Positions 28,466-32,000 of a stretch of 32,000 bases of DNA are shown piece by piece (within the stretch, counting starts at the first letter, position 1; every line of letters starts with the position of its first letter). The notes under the pieces were generated by a model. The model had not been told where the DNA came from. It made no database searches and worked only from the letters and a program-made list of their open reading frames with translations. Made by a program: the position numbers and the translations under genes. Origin of the DNA: Planctopirus limnophila DSM 3776 (GTDB taxonomy: Bacteria; Planctomycetota; Planctomycetia; Planctomycetales; Planctomycetaceae); contig NC_014148.1 in NCBI RefSeq assembly GCF_000092105.1, forward strand, positions 2,040,001-2,072,000, written 5' to 3'.

Positions 28466-30289
28466 TCAGTCAACTCGGTGTATTTCAAGACCTGATGGGT
28501 CTTCAACGTATATTTCGGGCCAGCCTCCCGGTCGTCCAATCGGATTATCTTCCGCTTTCTCAGCGGGCTGGATTCTAAATTTCTTACGAGGAATTTCCGC
28601 AGAAACAGTCCAGTCCGGCGTCGAGTTTCCAGCTGGAATTCCATATCGTTCATTAAAATTTGGAATGGTATCTGGGCGATTGTATGTCCAATAGCTGCCA
28701 TCTGGCTTGTTAAAGCCTGTCGTCCCTGATCGATAACAAGTCAACGATTTTGGGGTTTTGGGAATGCAGCAGGCTGCAATCTTCGGTAGCGTGCTTCGAA
28801 TGTTTCGAACAACTTCCCCAGCGCGTTTGTAGACGCTTTTTCCTATCGCGCTGAAACCACCGACGTCATTGACAGAATCCCTGACCAGATCCTTGGCCAT
28901 CTTGCAGCACTGGCCGTTTCGCTCCAAGCAATCCGAAAAATTATTGCTACTCCAGAGCTCTGACAATTCGGGCTTTAGTTGAGATTCCAAGAATTCCCAC
29001 ATCTTCTTCAACGCCTGGATTTCTCGGAGCCCTGAATAGACATCCCATGCCAGCCAGGCAGCGGCGATTATGTCCCCAATAGGTAGTGGGCCATCTGCTG
29101 CAAGCAAGATGGCTGATCGCGCTCCAGCTTTTAACGCACGTTTTCCAACTAGTGCTGCAATTTTTACTGACAACACTTGGAAAAGCGCCTCCCCGAAGGC
29201 TGCTCCCATATTACACCCGGCCAATCCAAGAGGATCGATCAAAGCCAGTGGGCGCCCGCTAACGTAAGAATAAAGATTGTTGCCTTCATCGAGGATATGT
29301 GGGTCACGAACCAGCCAGCCGATTAGTACGTGAAGCTGTCGGTATCGCACACAATACAAAGAGGTGTTTGTGTCAAAACGGTAGCCTGCATACAGTGTCT
29401 CCCATTCTAGAATATTTCCCGTCAAGCTAAAGGCGTCGTCTAGGAATGTGGCCATTCCGTAAGCGTCGTATTCGTATCTTGCATGAACAACGCCATCTGC
29501 TGCGACGACTACACTCGTATTCCAGTTGTCTTCTTGAAGTGAGTAGTGTCGAACAGCAGGAGGTTCGTCACTAATGATGCTTCGATCGCGTAGGATGAGG
29601 TCGTCCAGATACCTGGCTCCCCACACGAAGTGACTATTCGTACCTTCCAGTACACCTTTTAGTTCTTCAACACACTGCCAGGCATCGGTGAAGTAGGCGT
29701 GGGTGGTTTCATCGAGGGCGCCGGAGTTGTAGTTTTTGACGACGACTCGGAAGTTTCTCGCGTCGTATTGGTATTCGGCGACGGTTTCTAACGTGCTGGA
29801 GACTTCTTCCTCCAGTTTGACCAACCGGTTCCAGGCGTCGTAGGTGGCCGTGTAGGCTTCGTCCATCTGTTTGGGTTTGGGAATCGTGGTCATGTTGCCG
29901 ACGGCGTTGTAGGCCGGGTCGGCCCAGGCGCTGCCCACCGTGTTGGTGATGTCTGTGATTTCATTCACTGGGTTGGCAGTGCGTTCCTGTTCGATACTCC
30001 AGGTGGAGCCGTTATCGCTTTGCTTAAACCCTTCCCAGTTGCCAGTGGGGTCGAGGTTCCAATCCTGCTTGAACGCGGTGGATGCCAGAGCGGTTTGGGT
30101 GCCGTTGAGTGTGCCGCGGTGGGCGGTCTTTAACCGCTGGAGGCCGTCGTAGGTGTAGAGCCAGTCGTATTGGGCACTGTGGGCGGTGGCGATAGGGTTC
30201 TTCCGCCAGATGCGGTTCGAGGCGCGGTCGTAGCCGTACTTGATGCGGTCGAGATCGGTCCCCGCTTTGTGCCAGCGGTTGTCCTTCAC
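28466..30289 (-). CDS. Orphan, 5'-truncated RHS repeat protein fragment: about 356 aa of YD-repeat/RHS core plus a 251-aa C-terminal toxin region
   Basis: The YD repeats are YGYDRASNRI, YTYDGLQRL, ATYDAWNRLV, YQYDARNFRV and YEYDAYGMA. The core end is YAGYRFDTNTSLYCVRYRQLHVLIGWLVRDPHILDEGNNLYSYVSGRPLALIDPLGL, with DPLGL ending at 29222. The frame stays YD-like upstream of the GTG start (FFRLDRFGRVKDNRW) but meets a TAA about 14 codons further up. The usual >1000-aa N-terminal RHS shell is therefore absent. Confidence 0.85.
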   Translation of the reverse strand: MKDNRWHKAGTDLDRIKYGYDRASNRIWRKNPIATAHSAQYDWLYTYDGLQRLKTAHRGTLNGTQTALASTAFKQDWNLDPTGNWEGFKQSDNGSTWSIEQERTANPVNEITDITNTVGSAWADPAYNAVGNMTTIPKPKQMDEAYTATYDAWNRLVKLEEEVSSTLETVAEYQYDARNFRVVVKNYNSGALDETTHAYFTDAWQCVEELKGVLEGTNSHFVWGARYLDDLILRDRSIISDEPPAVRHYSLQEDNWNTSVVVAADGVVHARYEYDAYGMATFLDDAFSLTGNILEWETLYAGYRFDTNTSLYCVRYRQLHVLIGWLVRDPHILDEGNNLYSYVSGRPLALIDPLGLAGCNMGAAFGEALFQVLSVKIAALVGKRALKAGARSAILLAADGPLPIGDIIAAAWLAWDVYSGLREIQALKKMWEFLESQLKPELSELWSSNNFSDCLERNGQCCKMAKDLVRDSVNDVGGFSAIGKSVYKRAGEVVRNIRSTLPKIAACCIPKTPKSLTCYRSGTTGFNKPDGSYWTYNRPDTIPNFNERYGIPAGNSTPDWTVSAEIPRKKFRIQPAEKAEDNPIGRPGGWPEIYVEDPSGLEIHRVD

Positions 30290-30404
30290 GCGGCCAAAGC
30301 GATCGAGGCGGAAAAAGCCACTGCTGGAGGATTAGCCCCAGCAGTGGGAAAAAACTTCACGTCAATTGTCAAAGAGCAGAGAGATCAGGATGGAGGAGGC
30401 AAAA

Positions 30405-30457
30405 CTTCTCGTGCCGCTGGCACACAGGTCGCTCGATAACGAACAACCTGTGCCACC
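30405..30457 (+). repeat. Hairpin repeat, type 1, copy C
   Basis: The sequence is CTTCTCGTGCCGCTGGCACACAGGTCGCTCGATAACGAACAACCTGTGCCACC, with stem GGCACACAGGT / ACCTGTGCC. It lies between the stop of 30523..31074 and the truncated 5' edge of the orphan RHS fragment. Confidence 0.8.
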
Positions 30458-30522
30458 GAGCGGGTGGAAAATGTGGTGGTAGGCAACTGAGAAACAAAGG
30501 CAGGATGTAGCCTGCACTACGG

Positions 30523-31074
30523 TTAATCTCTCTCACCAATTTTGCCGTGTTTGTTAACTTCCAAAACGAATCTGCTTTCTCTTTCGGTTGTAATTTCGGC
30601 TATCGCACGCTGAGCGTATGAAACAAGAGTTTCATGCGATACTCCCGATCGACTGGCAGAATTCCATCTGTTTTCTATTTCCGCGGAAGCATCATTGAAG
30701 CCTCTTTCATAAAACTCAAACATCACGCCGTTGGATTGACCCGAATGAAACAAAAGTCGTTCGGTATTTCCTGCAATCTTGTTTTCAAGCGACGCTTGCC
30801 ATCCATAGAAGTGGCCTTCATACCAGTCAGATTTTCCAAGACGAAGAATTGGTGGCTTCTGTCCATCTTTGTCGCTATTTGATACGATACTAGTTGGAGG
30901 GATGTCTGAGGGAGCTGTTAAATCTTGCGGATAGGAGAAAATGATTTCTCGGTCTTCTCCTCGTGTCTGTCTGCCGCTTGACGTGTCGCATCCTGTCTGT
31001 ATGAACGCTGTCAGCGCAAACGCCATTGAAAGACATCGGCCATATTTACAAAAACTATTTACTCTTGTTTGCAT
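30523..31074 (-). CDS. Putative lipoprotein-type immunity protein for the upstream RHS toxin (183 aa from ATG 31074)
   Basis: MQTRVNSFCKYGRCLSMAFALTAFIQTGC looks like a signal peptide with an imperfect lipobox (QTGC). GGGGAG lies 6 nt upstream of the ATG at 31074. The start overlaps the last 20 nt of the toxin gene, which suggests translational coupling. The track ORF extends to 31176 inside the toxin gene. Confidence 0.55.
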   Translation of the reverse strand: MQTRVNSFCKYGRCLSMAFALTAFIQTGCDTSSGRQTRGEDREIIFSYPQDLTAPSDIPPTSIVSNSDKDGQKPPILRLGKSDWYEGHFYGWQASLENKIAGNTERLLFHSGQSNGVMFEFYERGFNDASAEIENRWNSASRSGVSHETLVSYAQRAIAEITTERESRFVLEVNKHGKIGERD

Positions 31075-32000
31075 TCGCATCTCCCCATTCGGCTTGGCAA
31101 ACTGCACAGTAGGCAATCTCATTGAATCGCTTGTTATCTTCGTAAGATTTGATCTTCTCCTTAAACTCTTTGTCATTCTTCCTGAGAACTACCATTGGGT
31201 TAACGTTTCCAAATCCATTGTTTGCGTGATACCAAAGTGCATCATCAGGGTTGAAGTAGAAAAAGTCAAAATTGAAGTAGTCTCCAGCTGATGCAGGGGG
31301 CCTTGAGAGAATAGCGTTCCAGGTTTTCTTGCCATTCAGCGAGAATTTTCCATTTTTTTCATTAATTGCAATTTCACGAGCCCCTCCTGGAGTGCCGTTG
31401 TTCCAGACAATGGCTATCAATCTCGCTTCAGTTCTTGTTCCGTAAATGTTTGTTCCAAATCCTTTGCAACATTCTTTGGTTTCGTTCATGTCCTTCATTC
31501 GCAGTCGCGCCTGTTCAGGATCACGGTAGCAATGTTGTAAATCTGGCAAAAACCCGTCTCGGAGCTCGAATCCGCTTGGGTTGAGTGTGTATCCGGGGAA
31601 GCCGAGCATGCAGAAAGTTACGCCAATGCAGCCGGCTTGTGCAGTATTTATAAAGTGGCCCTTTGGGATTGATGTTTTCACAAGTTGAAAGTTTTTATTC
31701 TGCCATTGAGATAGGGTATCCCATGGGAGCAGATTTTCTGACCATTCGTCCCACCATTGATCAACTGTCAAAACATCAAGACCATAAGGGTCAATAGTGT
31801 TCAATTGATTGACACGCTCATAGAGGGAGAGTCCGTCGACGTATCTCAATGGATCTCTTCGTGTCCATTTCCCTAACTTGAAATGCAAACATCGGTAGCG
31901 GGAATCATAAATCTTTGTGTGCAGATCGTAATGTGAGCCTCCGTATGCGACGATCCATTTGTTTGTGTTAGCTGAAGATGAGAAAATTAGATCTAGTTGT
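31055..32000 (-). CDS. C-terminal end of an RHS repeat protein (continues beyond the window end) with a 240-aa Cys/His-containing toxin domain
   Basis: The frame is open from base 31999 with no stop upstream of the track's TTG. It reads ...WIVAYGGSHYDLHTKIYDSRYRCLHFKLGKWTRRDPLRYVDGLSLYERVNQLNTIDPYGL, which is the RHS-associated core end; DPYGL ends at 31778. The CT domain contains NTAQAGCIGVTF and DALWYHANNG. Confidence 0.85.
   Translation of the reverse strand, partial: QLDLIFSSSANTNKWIVAYGGSHYDLHTKIYDSRYRCLHFKLGKWTRRDPLRYVDGLSLYERVNQLNTIDPYGLDVLTVDQWWDEWSENLLPWDTLSQWQNKNFQLVKTSIPKGHFINTAQAGCIGVTFCMLGFPGYTLNPSGFELRDGFLPDLQHCYRDPEQARLRMKDMNETKECCKGFGTNIYGTRTEARLIAIVWNNGTPGGAREIAINEKNGKFSLNGKKTWNAILSRPPASAGDYFNFDFFYFNPDDALWYHANNGFGNVNPMVVLRKNDKEFKEKIKSYEDNKRFNEIAYCAVCQAEWGDANANKSK

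Noticed and set aside
28375-28701. A 108-aa minus-strand ORF spanning the toxin/partner junction
   Set aside because: It is out of frame within the 3' end of the RHS-CT gene and overlaps the start of the partner gene. It has no independent support.
13439-30457. The hairpin repeats viewed as integron attC sites (co-oriented cassettes each followed by an imperfect inverted repeat)
   Set aside because: I could not find the paired RYYYAAC / GTTRRRY core sites at the element ends; the closest is GTTAGGA next to copy A. No intI-like integrase is present in the window. The units also include multi-gene blocks and a truncated RHS fragment rather than single promoterless cassettes. REP-like elements are the simpler reading.

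Overview
About 54% G+C bacterial chromosome, probably Planctomycetota; this is inferred from gene content and protein style, not from a search. The left part is housekeeping or accessory-light. It holds a minus-strand heavy-metal RND efflux operon (adaptor, CzcA-like pump, then a TolC-like gene that runs off the window start and is absent from the ORF track). After it come birA, an RRM protein with a Gly/Tyr tail, a rhomboid protease, tRNA-Arg(CCT), argJ and a DUF1579 protein. Three regions stand out. (1) 13.5-17.2 kb holds an O-methyltransferase, a 679-aa non-RHS polymorphic-toxin-like protein, and a very AT-rich small immunity-like gene. (2) 17.8-25.1 kb is one 2434-aa ORF with two complete UvrA units in tandem (four ABC ATPase modules) plus a duplicated unknown C-terminal module. 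(3) 27.1-32 kb is an RHS island. It contains the C-terminal tip of an RHS gene with a Cys/His toxin and an overlapping lipoprotein-like immunity gene. It also contains a 5'-truncated orphan RHS-CT cassette with its own small partner. A family of about 55-nt hairpin repeats sits at the 3' ends of these minus-strand units. A roughly 200-370 nt G-rich/C-poor tract borders the island. I found no rRNA, CRISPR array, transposase or integrase. All family assignments come from motifs read by eye, with no database search.
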